From an uncultured delta proteobacterium (lineage in GTDB: Bacteria > Desulfobacterota > Binatia > Binatales > Binataceae), in contig CAVQEQ010000003.1 in NCBI GenBank assembly GCA_963711565.1, positions 1,248,001-1,312,000 of the forward strand: DNA of 64,000 nucleotides. Direction: 5' to 3'. This document shows positions 10,303 to 21,426 of the stretch, one piece after another. Numbering within the stretch: position 1 is the stretch's first letter; each line of letters begins with the position of its first letter. Position numbers and translations under genes: made by a program. The notes under the pieces are model-generated. The model was not told the origin of the DNA, searched no databases, and was given only the letters and a program-made list of their open reading frames with translations.

Positions 10303-11642
10303 GATTCATCCGTTTCGCGCAACGGCACTGGCAGTGTCAAGGCGAGCATTCCGCCCGCGACCAGCGCGGCCGCCATAGCGATCATCCCACCCGCGAAACT
10401 ATGCGTCGCTTGTTTGACTATCCCGACCGCGTAAGGACCCGCGAAGCCGCCGAGGTTTCCGATCGAATTGATCAGCGCGATTGCGCCGGCGGCCGCGGTG
10501 CCGCTGAGAAACTCGGGCGGCATTGCCCAGAATGGCCCGAAGGTTCCCCAGATTCCCGCCGCCGCGATCGAAAGCGCAGCCAGTGACAGGAGCGGCGATC
10601 GAGTCGTCGCCGCGAGCATTAGGCCGATAGCTCCAACCGCCGCACAAAACGCGAGATGCCACCGGCGCTCGCCGCTCAAGTCCGACGCTCGACCGACGAA
10701 CACCATCGCGACCGCCGCGCCGAAAAAGGGTATCGCCGACAACATCCCGATTTCGACACCGCTGCGATTGCCGAAGCTCTGGATAATTTGCGGTAGCCAG
10801 AAGGTTACGCCATAGAGTCCAAACACTATTGCAAAATAGACAAGCGATAGTATCCAGACGGTCGAGTTGCTAATCGCTTCGGCAAAACTATTCTGGCGCT
10901 TCTGAGTACCACGTCGCCGCTCCCTTTCGAGTCTCATCAATAGTGCGGCGCGCTCACCAACCTCAAGCCAGGCAGCGTCTTTGGGACCGTCAGGAAGATA
11001 GCGCAATACCCACACGCCGAGAATCACCGCGGGCAGACCCTCGAGGATGAATAGCCATTGCCAGCCGGACAGCCCCGCCAATCCGTGCAATTCGAGCAAC
11101 CCGCCCGAGACCGGGCCCGCGATAACGCCGGCCAGCGCGCTCGCCGTCATGAATAGTGCGACCGCGCGCGCCTGCTCGCGCGCCGGGAACCAGAATGTGA
11201 GATAGAGAATTACGCCGGGAAAGAACCCTGCTTCGGCCAGTCCCAGGATGAACCGAAGGGCGAAGAACGACGCCGCGCCGCGAACTGCGATCATCGCCAT
11301 CGCGACGACTCCCCAGCTGATCATGATTCGCGCAATCCACAAGCGCGCGCCCACGCGCGCGAGGATCAAATTGCTCGGCACCTCGAAAATCGAATAGCCG
11401 ATGAAGAACAACCCCGCGCCCAGGCCGAACACGGATTCGCTGAGCCCGAGCTCACGGTTCATCTGCAACGACGCGAAGCCGACGTTGATTCGATCGAGAT
11501 AGGCGACGAGATAGAGCACGAACAGGAACGGCAGCAGCCTGCGCCGCGCCTTTGACAACGCGGCATCGGCGAGCCGCGATTCGTCCGCAGTTTCGATCGA
11601 ACGAACTTCCTTGACTGAACGATCGTACTCGGCGTGAGGCAT
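10299..11642 (-). CDS. MFS transporter, ACS (tartrate/aromatic acid) family
   Basis: RRLLPFL..YLDRINVGFA, FEVPSNL, GLAEAGFFPG, INSIGNLGGF; exact start uncertain. Confidence 0.93.
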   Translation of the reverse strand: MPHAEYDRSVKEVRSIETADESRLADAALSKARRRLLPFLFVLYLVAYLDRINVGFASLQMNRELGLSESVFGLGAGLFFIGYSIFEVPSNLILARVGARLWIARIMISWGVVAMAMIAVRGAASFFALRFILGLAEAGFFPGVILYLTFWFPAREQARAVALFMTASALAGVIAGPVSGGLLELHGLAGLSGWQWLFILEGLPAVILGVWVLRYLPDGPKDAAWLEVGERAALLMRLERERRRGTQKRQNSFAEAISNSTVWILSLVYFAIVFGLYGVTFWLPQIIQSFGNRSGVEIGMLSAIPFFGAAVAMVFVGRASDLSGERRWHLAFCAAVGAIGLMLAATTRSPLLSLAALSIAAAGIWGTFGPFWAMPPEFLSGTAAAGAIALINSIGNLGGFAGPYAVGIVKQATHSFAGGMIAMAAALVAGGMLALTLPVPLRETDES

Positions 11643-11913
11643 GAGCGACTGCTTTACACGCCCGCGAAGTGAAAAGCGATTGGGCGATCCGGCGTCAAGC
11701 TGGTGTGCCGACACATGTCCCAAAGTGCGACATAGCTTGCCCCGATTCGGTCAACGACAAGCTCTGCGACGTGCGATGGCGACCGACACGCGCAGTTTGG
11801 GGCTTTGCTGTCCATCGCCGCAAGGCACGGACGTTGCGTATCACCGATGGGTAAATCGTGCCCGCAGAAATTGGCTCTCACACCAGTTCGCAGCAAGGAG
11901 AAGCGCGTCCGTC

Positions 11914-12717
11914 ATGGACCAGATCATTCAGCAGTCACTCGCGGGCAGGAGATTCGCCCTGGTGGGATTCGAAACGCTCGAAGGGAATTCGATCATCGCG
12001 GCACTGGGCACCGTCCGTGGAATCGGACACGTGATTGGCGCGGCCCCCACTATTCCCGGGCTCAACTCCCTTTCTCCATTCGACGCTTGCTTCATCAATG
12101 CCTCGGCCGCGGGCGTCGGCGAGCAGCCGGCCCCGATTGAAATGATCGCGCGCAGCCGCAAGCCAGCGGTCATCGTCGGCACGCTTGACGAACTCGTGGT
12201 GCAATTCGGGGCCATCGCCGACCTCAACCGCGACTTCGTCATGCGCCCATGCCAGCCCGATGAATTGTTGCTGAGAGCATACCGCGTCCTCAGATTCGTC
12301 GAAGCCGCCGCCTCGATTCGATCGTCGGCTCGAAACGGCTCCCGGCGCATCGTGGTCGCCGACGACGACGCGACGACGATTGTTATGATGTCGACGATCC
12401 TCAAGCATTTCAATTTCGAGTGCAACGTCGCCCACGACGGCGAGCAGGCATTCGACCTTGCGCGCAAGAACAAGCCCGACCTGGTGCTGTTGGACGTATC
12501 GATGCCGCACATGAATGGCTTCGAAGCGCTGAACGCTCTGCGCGGCAATGCTGCCACCAGGGATACGCGAGTAATCCTGGTCAGTGCGCATCATGATGAA
12601 GCCGAAGTCGTCAAGGGTTTCTCGCTCGGCGCCAACGACTACATCACCAAGCCCTTCAACTCAGGCGAGTTGATGGCGCGGATCAACAGGGTCTTGCATG
12701 AGTCCGACGAGAGATGA
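11914..12717 (+). CDS. response regulator: degenerate N-terminal receiver plus canonical C-terminal receiver
   Basis: C-terminal IVVADDD...DLVLLDVSMPHMNG...GANDYITKPF; AAGGAG RBS. Confidence 0.85.
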   Translation: MDQIIQQSLAGRRFALVGFETLEGNSIIAALGTVRGIGHVIGAAPTIPGLNSLSPFDACFINASAAGVGEQPAPIEMIARSRKPAVIVGTLDELVVQFGAIADLNRDFVMRPCQPDELLLRAYRVLRFVEAAASIRSSARNGSRRIVVADDDATTIVMMSTILKHFNFECNVAHDGEQAFDLARKNKPDLVLLDVSMPHMNGFEALNALRGNAATRDTRVILVSAHHDEAEVVKGFSLGANDYITKPFNSGELMARINRVLHESDER

Positions 12718-12762
12718 CCGGATCGGTTGTCATGTAGCACTCGCCTGTTTTACTGTTCTCGC

Positions 12763-13539
12763 GTGTTCCGACTTGACGGCAAGATAGCGATTGTCACCGG
12801 CGCCGGTTCGGGCATTGGCTTGGCGATCGCATCTACGTTTGCGCAAAACGGCGCGTATGTTTTCGCACTCGATCACGATCTCAAAGCGGCCAGCGCCGCT
12901 GTCGAGGGCATTCGCACCGCCGGCGGTGCTGCGTCGGCGCTCGAATGCAACGTCGCACTAGCTGATTCGGTGGAAGGCGCCTTCGCGCGCATCGACGCCG
13001 ACCGCAACGCGCCCCGCATCGACATACTGGTGAACAACGCCGGCATCGCAAACATCGGCACTGTCGAGAACACCACGGAGGAAGACCTCGACCGGATCTA
13101 TTCGGTCAATGTGAAGGGAGTATTTCTCTGCTCGCGTGCCGCAGTGCGCCGGATGCTCGCGAGCGGCGGCGGCGTCATCCTCAACCTCGCGTCGATAGCG
13201 TCGCTGATTGGACTCACCGATCGTTTCGCCTATTCGATGAGTAAGGGCGCGGTGCTGACGATGACCCGCTCGATCGCGGTGGACTACGTCAAGCGCGGCA
13301 TCCGATGCAACTGCATCTGCCCCGCGCGCGTTCACACGCCCTTCGTCAACGGCTACCTGCGCACAACCTATCCGGGACGCGAAGCCGAGATGTTCAAACA
13401 ACTTTCCGAGTATCAGCCGCTCGGCAGGATGGGCACGCCCGAGGAGGTCGCTGCGCTCGCGCTCTATCTATGTTCGGACGAGGCCTCGTTCATCACGGGG
13501 CAGGCGTATCCAATCGACGGCGGCGTGCTCGTATTCTGA
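12763..13539 (+). CDS. SDR oxidoreductase, probable 2-keto-3-deoxy-L-fuconate dehydrogenase-like
   Basis: TGAGSGIG, NNAG, YSMSK, CNCICPARVHTPFV; context of mutarotase and fuconate dehydratase. Confidence 0.88.
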   Translation: MFRLDGKIAIVTGAGSGIGLAIASTFAQNGAYVFALDHDLKAASAAVEGIRTAGGAASALECNVALADSVEGAFARIDADRNAPRIDILVNNAGIANIGTVENTTEEDLDRIYSVNVKGVFLCSRAAVRRMLASGGGVILNLASIASLIGLTDRFAYSMSKGAVLTMTRSIAVDYVKRGIRCNCICPARVHTPFVNGYLRTTYPGREAEMFKQLSEYQPLGRMGTPEEVAALALYLCSDEASFITGQAYPIDGGVLVF

Positions 13540-13871
13540 TGAAACAGTACGGCCGCACGATCAACCTGAAGGACGACCCGCAAATCATCGAGCGCTACCT
13601 CGAGCATCATCGCGCGATCTGGCCGGAGGTCGAGCGCGGGCTCAAATCCATCGGCATCGAGCGCATGCTAATCTTCAAGCTCGGCCGCCGGCTCTTCATG
13701 TTCATGGAGACCATCGACGCATTCGATCCCGATCGCGACTTCCCGCCTTACGAGGCAAGCAATCCGCGCAACCGCGAATGGCAGGAGCTGATGGCCTCGA
13801 TGCAGGAGCCGGTGCCGGACGCGCAGCCGGGCGAATGGTGGGCCGAAATGAAGCTAATCTTCACGCTCTGA
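13539..13871 (+). CDS. L-rhamnose/L-fucose mutarotase
   Basis: LKDDPQIIERYLEHHRAIWPEV...RLFM...EWQELM...WWAEM; start overlaps the SDR stop. Confidence 0.88.
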   Translation: MKQYGRTINLKDDPQIIERYLEHHRAIWPEVERGLKSIGIERMLIFKLGRRLFMFMETIDAFDPDRDFPPYEASNPRNREWQELMASMQEPVPDAQPGEWWAEMKLIFTL

Positions 13872-13970
13872 CCAGCGCGCTGAAAAGATTGAAATTTGCT
13901 CGTGTTGAAATCTATAACACTGAGTATTATACTTCCATTTGTATGATACGCGGCCGTTTGAGGCGGCGGA

Positions 13971-14363
13971 GTGCGGATATTCAGAAATAAATCCTTCACC
14001 CGTTTTGCCAAAAAAGCCGGCCTCGATGATGCAGCGCTACGCAAGGCTGTCGACGATGCCGAACGTGGATTGATCGACGCCAAGCTCGGAGGAGGCGTCA
14101 TAAAGCAGCGCGTCGCGCGGACAGGACAAGGAAAGTCCGGTGGCTTCCGTACCATCATTTTGTACAAAGCACGTGCGCTGACATTTTTCGTTCACGGATT
14201 TGCGAAAAAAGATCAAGACAACATTGAAGACCGCGAGTTAGCAGCACTGAAGTTACTCGCGTCGCAAATGTTGTCATACGACGATCAGGAGATTGCTAGG
14301 GCGATTGAATCAGGAACGCTGATTGAGGTAACGCACCATGAAAAAGACAAGGGCATATCGTAG
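13971..14363 (+). CDS. type II toxin, RelE/ParE family (DUF1044-like)
   Basis: FTRFAKK, LIDAKLGGGVIKQRVAR, GKSGGFRTII, HGFAKKDQDNI. Confidence 0.9.
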   Translation: MRIFRNKSFTRFAKKAGLDDAALRKAVDDAERGLIDAKLGGGVIKQRVARTGQGKSGGFRTIILYKARALTFFVHGFAKKDQDNIEDRELAALKLLASQMLSYDDQEIARAIESGTLIEVTHHEKDKGIS

Positions 14364-14661
14364 CCCTCTGATGGGCTCGATTCACGAAACGGCTGAAGGA
14401 CTCCACGCCGCCGGCCTGATGAACAAGCTGACGATGCGCAAATTCGACGAGATGTGCCTGACGCCCATACCTCGTCTTAAGCCCAGGCAAATCCGTGATC
14501 TGCGTCTGCGAGAAGGAGCAAGCCAGGCTGTCTTCGCCCGCTATCTGAACGTGACCACCGGCATTATCAGCCAGTGGGAGCGCGGCAAGAAACACCCGCA
14601 GGGAGCATCTCTAAAACTCCTCGCTCTCGTCGCCAGAAACGGACTCGACGCTGTGGCGTGA
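14338..14661 (+). CDS. HTH (Cro/C1) antitoxin, HigA-like
   Basis: SIHETAEGL...TMRKFDEMCL...SQAVFARYLNV...QWERGKKHPQGASLKLL; overlaps the toxin gene. Confidence 0.9.
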   Translation: MKKTRAYRSPLMGSIHETAEGLHAAGLMNKLTMRKFDEMCLTPIPRLKPRQIRDLRLREGASQAVFARYLNVTTGIISQWERGKKHPQGASLKLLALVARNGLDAVA

Positions 14662-14686
14662 TTCTCGCAACAACAGTTAGCCGCAC

Positions 14687-15513
<827 letters not shown>

Positions 15514-15517
<4 letters not shown>

Positions 15518-16818
15518 TTCTTTCTCCATTCCGCGCCGCCAGGAAACTCGAACGCATCGAGCGACGCGGGCAGCATCTCGATGCTGAAACCCGGCGCTGT
15601 CGGCGCCATGTAACGGTCGCCGCGCATGACCACCGGATTCTTGAAATGCTCGTGCAGGTGGTCGGCGAACTCGATCATCCGGTTGTCGAGACTGCCGCTC
15701 ACGCAGATGTAGTCGATCAGCGAAACGTGCTGGCCGTATTCGCACAGCCCGATTCCGCCCGCGTGCGGACATACCGGCACGCCGAACTTCGCGGCGAGCA
15801 GCAACACCGCGAGCGCCTCGCTCAGTCCGCCGAGGCGGCAATTGTCGAACTGGCAGAAATCGATCGCGCCGGCCTGCATGAGCTGTTTGAACATCACGCG
15901 ATTGGCCGCATGCTCCCCGGTCGCGACTCCTATCGGCTTAATCGCGCGGCGAATCGTGGCGTGACCGAGGACGTCGTCGGGACTGGTCGGCTCTTCGATC
16001 CACAGCGGATTGAAGCGCGCGAGCGGGCGCATGAATTCGATCGCCTCGCCAACGTCCCAAACCTGGTTCGCGTCCATCATCATAACGCCGCGCGGTCCGA
16101 TTTCTTCGCGCACCAGAGCCGCGCGATGAACGTTCGCGTCCGAATCGCGGCCGACTTTTATCTTGAACTTGGTCCATCCCGCGGCGAGCGCCTCGCGGCA
16201 TAGCCGACGGACTTTTTCGTCGGAATAGCCCATCCATCCGGCCGACGTGATGTAAGCCGGATAGCCCTCTCTCCGCATCTGCGCTTCGCGCTCGGCGCGC
16301 GTCGCGAGTTTTGCGCGCAGGATTTCCAGCGCCTCGTCGCGGGTGAGCGCATCGGTGAGATAACGGAAGTCGATACACGAAACGAATTGCTCGGGCGTCA
16401 TGTCGGCGACGAGTTTCCACACCGGCTTGCGCTCGATTTTGGCATAGAGGTCCCACACCGCATTCACGATTGCCGCAGTCGCCAGATGGATTGCGCCTTT
16501 CTCCGGCCCGATCCATCTGAGTTGGCTCTCGAACGTGAGTCGCTCCCAGAAAGCGCCGAGGTTGGCCACGATGTCTTCGTACTTCGAGCCGACCACGAGA
16601 TGCTGCAAGGCGCGGACGGCTGCAACTACAACTTCGTTGCCGCGCCCGATCGTGAACGTCATGCCGTTGCCTTCGACGCCGTCGCGCGCGTCTGTCGTCA
16701 GCACTACGTAGGTGGCGGAGTAATCCGGATCGGTGTGGACGGCGTCGGAACCCGCGAGCGTCCTTGAAGTTGGGGTTCGGATGTCGCGGACTGACAGTCC
16801 GGAAATTGTGCGCGCCAT
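15514..16818 (-). CDS. fucD: L-fuconate dehydratase (enolase superfamily)
   Basis: GSDAVHTDPDYS, FTIGRGNE, LRWIGPEKG, KIKVG, WIEEPTSPDD, CPHAGGIGLCE, DHLHEHF. Confidence 0.93.
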
Positions 16819-16861
16819 GATCGCTTCCTCTGCGCCGCATGGTAGCATCGCGCGACCGGCG

Positions 16862-17947
16862 ATGACGACTCAATTGCCAGCTTCGATTCGCGATTTACGG
16901 CAGTCATGGCCGCGGCCTTCGGCGGCGAAGCCAATCGTCGTGATCGGCGCGGGCAGTATCGTGCGCGATGCTCATCTGCCGATCTACAAACGTCTTGGCT
17001 TCCCGGTCGCCGGCATCTTCGATCTGAATCCGAAAGCGGCCCGCGAGCGCGCCGATGCGTTCTCGATTCCGCGCGTGTTCGAGTCGATTGATGAAGCCGC
17101 GTCGATGCGCGATGTGGTTTTCGATGTCGCAATCCCGCCGGCAAATATCGCGAGCGTGCTGGAACGATTGCCGTCAGGCGCGGCAGTGTTGATTCAGAAG
17201 CCGCTCGGCCGCGACCTTGCCGACGCGCGCCAGATCGTCGCGATTTGCCGCGATCGAAAGCTGCGCGCCGCGGTGAACTTTCAGCTCCGCTTCGCGCCCA
17301 ACATGCTGGCCGTCAAGGACGCGCTCGAGCGCGGCGTGTTCGGCGACGTGCTCAACGTCGAAGTGCGGATAAATCTGCACACGCCGTGGAACTACTGGGC
17401 GTTCCTCAAAGGCGTGCCGCGCCTCGAAGTGCTGATGCATTCGATTCACTACCTCGATCTGATTCGCTCGCTGATCGGCGAACCGCGCGGCGTTTATTGC
17501 AAGGGCGTGCGGCATCCGGGGATGCCCGACTACTCCGACACCCGCACCAGCATCGTGCTCGACTACGGCGACACGATTCGATGCAGCCTGACGATGAATC
17601 ATGCGCATACGTTTGGCGGACGCTACGGAATGTCGCAGCTCAAGCTCGAAGGCACCCGCGGCGCCGCGATAGCAAAGATGGGCGTCAATCTCAACTATCC
17701 CGCGGGCGAGCGCGACACGCTAGAAATCGCGAGCGAAGATACGAAGGGCTGGAGCGACACCCCCCTGCGCGGTTCGTGGTTTCTCGAAGCGTTCGAGGGT
17801 CCGATGTCGAACCTGCAGCGCCTCGCCGCCAGCGAGGATTCTAAACTGGTCTCTGGCGTCGAAGACGCGCTTCGCACGATGGCCGTGGTCGAGGCCTGTT
17901 ACGAATCAAGCGCGCACGGCGCCACGCCGATTCCCTCAACGCCCTAG
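16862..17947 (+). CDS. Gfo/Idh/MocA family oxidoreductase
   Basis: IGAGSIVRDAH, LIQKP, AVNFQLRF, HSIHYLD. Confidence 0.9.
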   Translation: MTTQLPASIRDLRQSWPRPSAAKPIVVIGAGSIVRDAHLPIYKRLGFPVAGIFDLNPKAARERADAFSIPRVFESIDEAASMRDVVFDVAIPPANIASVLERLPSGAAVLIQKPLGRDLADARQIVAICRDRKLRAAVNFQLRFAPNMLAVKDALERGVFGDVLNVEVRINLHTPWNYWAFLKGVPRLEVLMHSIHYLDLIRSLIGEPRGVYCKGVRHPGMPDYSDTRTSIVLDYGDTIRCSLTMNHAHTFGGRYGMSQLKLEGTRGAAIAKMGVNLNYPAGERDTLEIASEDTKGWSDTPLRGSWFLEAFEGPMSNLQRLAASEDSKLVSGVEDALRTMAVVEACYESSAHGATPIPSTP

Positions 17948-18100
17948 CAGGGTGTTGAAGAATTGGATGCAACTCGTGGATTTGATTTCAAACGCTTCAA
18001 CACTCTGCGTAGAAGCTGTCTTCTTACCTACAACATCTCCCCCTTTGGGGGAGACAAGAGAGAGGGAGCAGGCGTTGAAAATTAATTTTTCAACATCCTG
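17948..18100. mobile_element. MITE (153 bp) with terminal inverted repeats, flanked by CTAG on both sides
   Basis: CTAG|CAGGGTGTTGAAGAATT...AATTTTTCAACATCCTG|CTAG; no ORF. Confidence 0.75.
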
Positions 18101-18140
18101 CTAGAATCGCAATCATTGTCGGCGGAGGATTTCCATACTG

Positions 18141-18821
18141 ATGGCCTCAGAACATATTGTTTTTTTGTTTGACGTCGATAACACGCTGATCGACAACGAC
18201 CACATCGTTGCCGACATGAAGAGCAATCTCGAGCGCGATATCGGCGACGATCAGCAGACGCGCTACTGGGAATATTTCGAGCAGCTGCGCACCGAGCTCG
18301 GCTACGCGGACTACCTCGGCGCGCTGCAACGCTACCGCGTCAATCATCCGCGCGACTTCGGCATTATCGCGGTGTCCTACTTCCTGATGAACTACCATTT
18401 CGCGAACCGGTTGTTCCCCTGCTCGCTCAACGTCATCGAGCAATACAAGCAATACGGCGAGACGGCTATCCTCTCCGATGGTGACATGATTTTTCAGCCG
18501 CTCAAGATAGAACGCTCGGGATTGCGCGAAGCCGTTGATGAAAAAGTGATGATCTACATCCACAAGGAGCAGGAACTCGACAACGTCAAGGCGCGCTATC
18601 CTGCCGACCATTACGTGCTGATCGACGACAAGGTGCGGATTCTCGACGCGGTCAAGAAAACCTGGGGCGCGAAGGTGACGACGGTGTTCCCGCGCCAGGG
18701 CCATTACGCGGCCGACGCGAATGAGGTTGCCAAGTACATGGCGCCGGATGTCACCGTGGACAGAATCGATCAGCTGCGCGACTACGATTTAGCGCGCCTG
18801 CGCGCAGCGACGAAGAGATAG
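18141..18821 (+). CDS. HAD family hydrolase
   Basis: FLFDVDNTL motif I, LSDGD, LIDDK; GGAGG RBS. Confidence 0.9.
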   Translation: MASEHIVFLFDVDNTLIDNDHIVADMKSNLERDIGDDQQTRYWEYFEQLRTELGYADYLGALQRYRVNHPRDFGIIAVSYFLMNYHFANRLFPCSLNVIEQYKQYGETAILSDGDMIFQPLKIERSGLREAVDEKVMIYIHKEQELDNVKARYPADHYVLIDDKVRILDAVKKTWGAKVTTVFPRQGHYAADANEVAKYMAPDVTVDRIDQLRDYDLARLRAATKR

Positions 18822-18829
18822 CAGCGGGA

Positions 18830-19528
18830 TCACGCGAGATCGAAAAACAGCACTTCGGCGGGTGAGCTCGCAACAATTGTCACTTTCTCTTCGTTGCTGA
18901 TCGCGGCGCCGTCGCCCTCTGCCAGTGCGGTGCCGTTAACGGTGACGCCGCCCCGCGCGACTTGCACCCATCCATGGCGGCCCTTCTTGAGATTTGTCGC
19001 GACAGTCTGTCCGCGCTCCAGCTTTGACACCGACAGCGCAGCATCCTGGTGAATCTTCACCGACTGCCCGCCGCCCTCGAGTGAGCCGACCGGTGCGAAG
19101 CCGCCGTGCGCTTTGGCGTCGTCGATGGTCTTTTGCTCGTAGCCGGGAGCGATGCCGGCAGTGGCGGGCATGATCCAGATTTGCAGAAAATGAACCGGCT
19201 CGCTTTTCGAATGATTGAATTCGCTGTGCGTGATTCCCGTGCCCGCGCTCATACGCTGCGCCTCGCCGGGACGAATTACGGAGCCGGTGCCAAGGCTGTC
19301 CTTGTGCTCGAGCGCGCCTTCGAGAATGTAGGTGATAATCTCCATGTCGCGATGCGGGTGCGTGGGAAAACCCGCGCCGGGGCGGACGCGATCTTCGTTG
19401 ATGACGCGCAGCGTGCGAAATCCCATCTGGCCGGGGTCGTAGTAGTCGCCGAAAGAGAAGCTGTGACGGCTGTCGAGCCAATCGATTTTCGTGCGTCCGC
19501 GGTCGGCAGCTTTGCGCGGAGTAATCAT
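18830..19528 (-). CDS. pirin family protein (YhhW-like)
   Basis: WLDSRHSFSF, LRVINED, GFPTHPHRDMEI, MSAGTGITHSE, FLQIWI. Confidence 0.95.
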   Translation of the reverse strand: MITPRKAADRGRTKIDWLDSRHSFSFGDYYDPGQMGFRTLRVINEDRVRPGAGFPTHPHRDMEIITYILEGALEHKDSLGTGSVIRPGEAQRMSAGTGITHSEFNHSKSEPVHFLQIWIMPATAGIAPGYEQKTIDDAKAHGGFAPVGSLEGGGQSVKIHQDAALSVSKLERGQTVATNLKKGRHGWVQVARGGVTVNGTALAEGDGAAISNEEKVTIVASSPAEVLFFDLA

Positions 19529-19541
19529 GGCAGATGCTCCC

Positions 19542-20801
19542 TCAGGCTGCCTTGGCCGCCGGCTTCATTTTCAAGCGGATCGGCATGTGCTTGATGCCAC
19601 CGACGAAGCTTGAACGCAGCCGCTCGACCGGACCGGCCGGCTCAACGTGATCGAGTCGCTTGGCCAGCTCCCTGAAAATAATTTTCAATTCCAGCCGCGC
19701 CAGGTTCGCGCCGAGGCAGAAATGCTCGCCGATGCCGAATGCGATGTGCGGATTAGGATTGCGGCTGATGTCGAACTTGAAAGGATCCTTGAAAACTTCT
19801 TCGTCGCGATTCGCCGACGGGTAAAACAGGCATACTGATTCGCCGGCTTTGATCTTCTGGCCGCGAATCTCGGTATCTTCGGTCGCGGTGCGCGCGAACT
19901 GGATGACAGGCGTCGTCCATCGAACGATCTCCTCGACCGCCGAGTCGATCAACTCAGGATTGCGCTTGAGCTTCTGCCACTCGCCGGGATTGTCGATGAA
20001 CGCCTGCAGGCCGCCGGTAGTTGCGTTACGGGTCGTCTCATTTCCCGCTACCACCAGTAAAAAATAGTACGACAGCATCTCGAACTGCGGTATCGGCTCG
20101 CCATTGACCTTGCCGTTGGCGACGATGCTGGTGATGTCGTTGGTCGGATGCTTCATCCGCTCCGCCACCATGTCGCTGAAATACTGGAACAGGCCGAGCC
20201 GCGAACGATCCATCGTCTCCTGCGCGCTTGTCCCCGCCTGGAACTCCGGGTCGCCGCCGCCGATCGTCTCGTTGGTCCATCGGAAAAGCTGCTCCCAATC
20301 CTTGTGCGGGACGCCGAGCAGCTCCGCAATGACGGCGAGCGGAATCTTCGACGATACGTCAGTGACGAAATCGCAAACGTCGCGGCCGGTCACGTCGTCG
20401 AGCACCTCGCGCGTGATGTTTTCGATTTCAGGCCCGAGCGGACTCACGCCGCGTGGCGTGAAATGCTTGCTGACGACGACGCGATACTCGCCATGATCGG
20501 GCGGGTCCATGTCGAGCAGATGGCGGAACGGCGGCGTCGGACTATCCTCGAAGCCGTCCTCGTTGACGAACACCAGCAGGCGCGGGCCATTGAGGAACAG
20601 GCGCGGCTGCTTCGAGATCTGGATGATGTCGGCGTGTTTGGTAATCGCCCAGAACGGATCGGTCTTCGGATACTCGCACCAGAAAACGGGCTTGTGCTTG
20701 CGCAGGTACGTCCATTCGCGATGCGGATAGCCGTTTTTCATGTAGTGGTCGGGCCCGATGATGTTCAATGATTCGAGCGAGAGTGCTTGTTCGGTTTCCA
20801 T
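19542..20801 (-). CDS. cytochrome P450
   Basis: MDPPDH, I-helix AGNETT, ExxR (EEIVR), heme motif FGIGEHFCLG. Confidence 0.96.
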   Translation of the reverse strand: METEQALSLESLNIIGPDHYMKNGYPHREWTYLRKHKPVFWCEYPKTDPFWAITKHADIIQISKQPRLFLNGPRLLVFVNEDGFEDSPTPPFRHLLDMDPPDHGEYRVVVSKHFTPRGVSPLGPEIENITREVLDDVTGRDVCDFVTDVSSKIPLAVIAELLGVPHKDWEQLFRWTNETIGGGDPEFQAGTSAQETMDRSRLGLFQYFSDMVAERMKHPTNDITSIVANGKVNGEPIPQFEMLSYYFLLVVAGNETTRNATTGGLQAFIDNPGEWQKLKRNPELIDSAVEEIVRWTTPVIQFARTATEDTEIRGQKIKAGESVCLFYPSANRDEEVFKDPFKFDISRNPNPHIAFGIGEHFCLGANLARLELKIIFRELAKRLDHVEPAGPVERLRSSFVGGIKHMPIRLKMKPAAKAA

Positions 20802-20873
20802 TTTCGAGAGTCTCCGCTATCCCGGGATTTCCGTCTCGATTCGCATTCTGACCTGTCGCGCGCGATGAGTCAT

Positions 20874-21068
20874 CTAGTCGTCCTTGACTGTGATTGCCTG
20901 CCGCGGGCACAGCCGCGCCGCAAGCTTCAGCTTGTCGCGCATGCGCTCGGGCGGGTTTTCGATCAACAGATGGCTCTTGTCGTCGTCGCGCACCTCGAAG
21001 ACTTCCGGCGCCGCCTCCTGGCATTTCATATTTCCTTCGCACAACTTCAGATCGACAACGACCTTCAT
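20874..21068 (-). CDS. ferredoxin ([3Fe-4S]-type, probable P450 partner)
   Basis: MKVVVDLKLCEGNMKC...APEVF...CPRQAI; AGGAG RBS; directly upstream of the P450. Confidence 0.9.
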   Translation of the reverse strand: MKVVVDLKLCEGNMKCQEAAPEVFEVRDDDKSHLLIENPPERMRDKLKLAARLCPRQAITVKDD

Positions 21069-21426
21069 AATAACTAATCTCCTCTTTTCGTCGCCCCGCA
21101 AATGCCGCCCGGCGAAGCGATCATATAAGAGGATAGTTCTTTCGACTAGGAGCACGGAGCATCGCGAGAGCAGGTGACCTCGCGTTGCCGCGAAGGACTC
21201 TCTGGCGCAGTTTTTTGCCGCACAGAGGAGTGGCACGCGTACGCAGTCTGGGTGCATCATTTTGTCGAGTTAATATGACTAATAGATAGCAGCGAGCGGA
21301 ATTGCGCCCTTGCCGGTTCCTTTGGGCACACACGCCTTCGTACCAATCCTTGCGCGATGAGAGCCTTTCCTGCGATACCGAGTGTTATGTCGGATTGCCT
21401 CGAATCGCATCCGGGGAGGATGTCGA

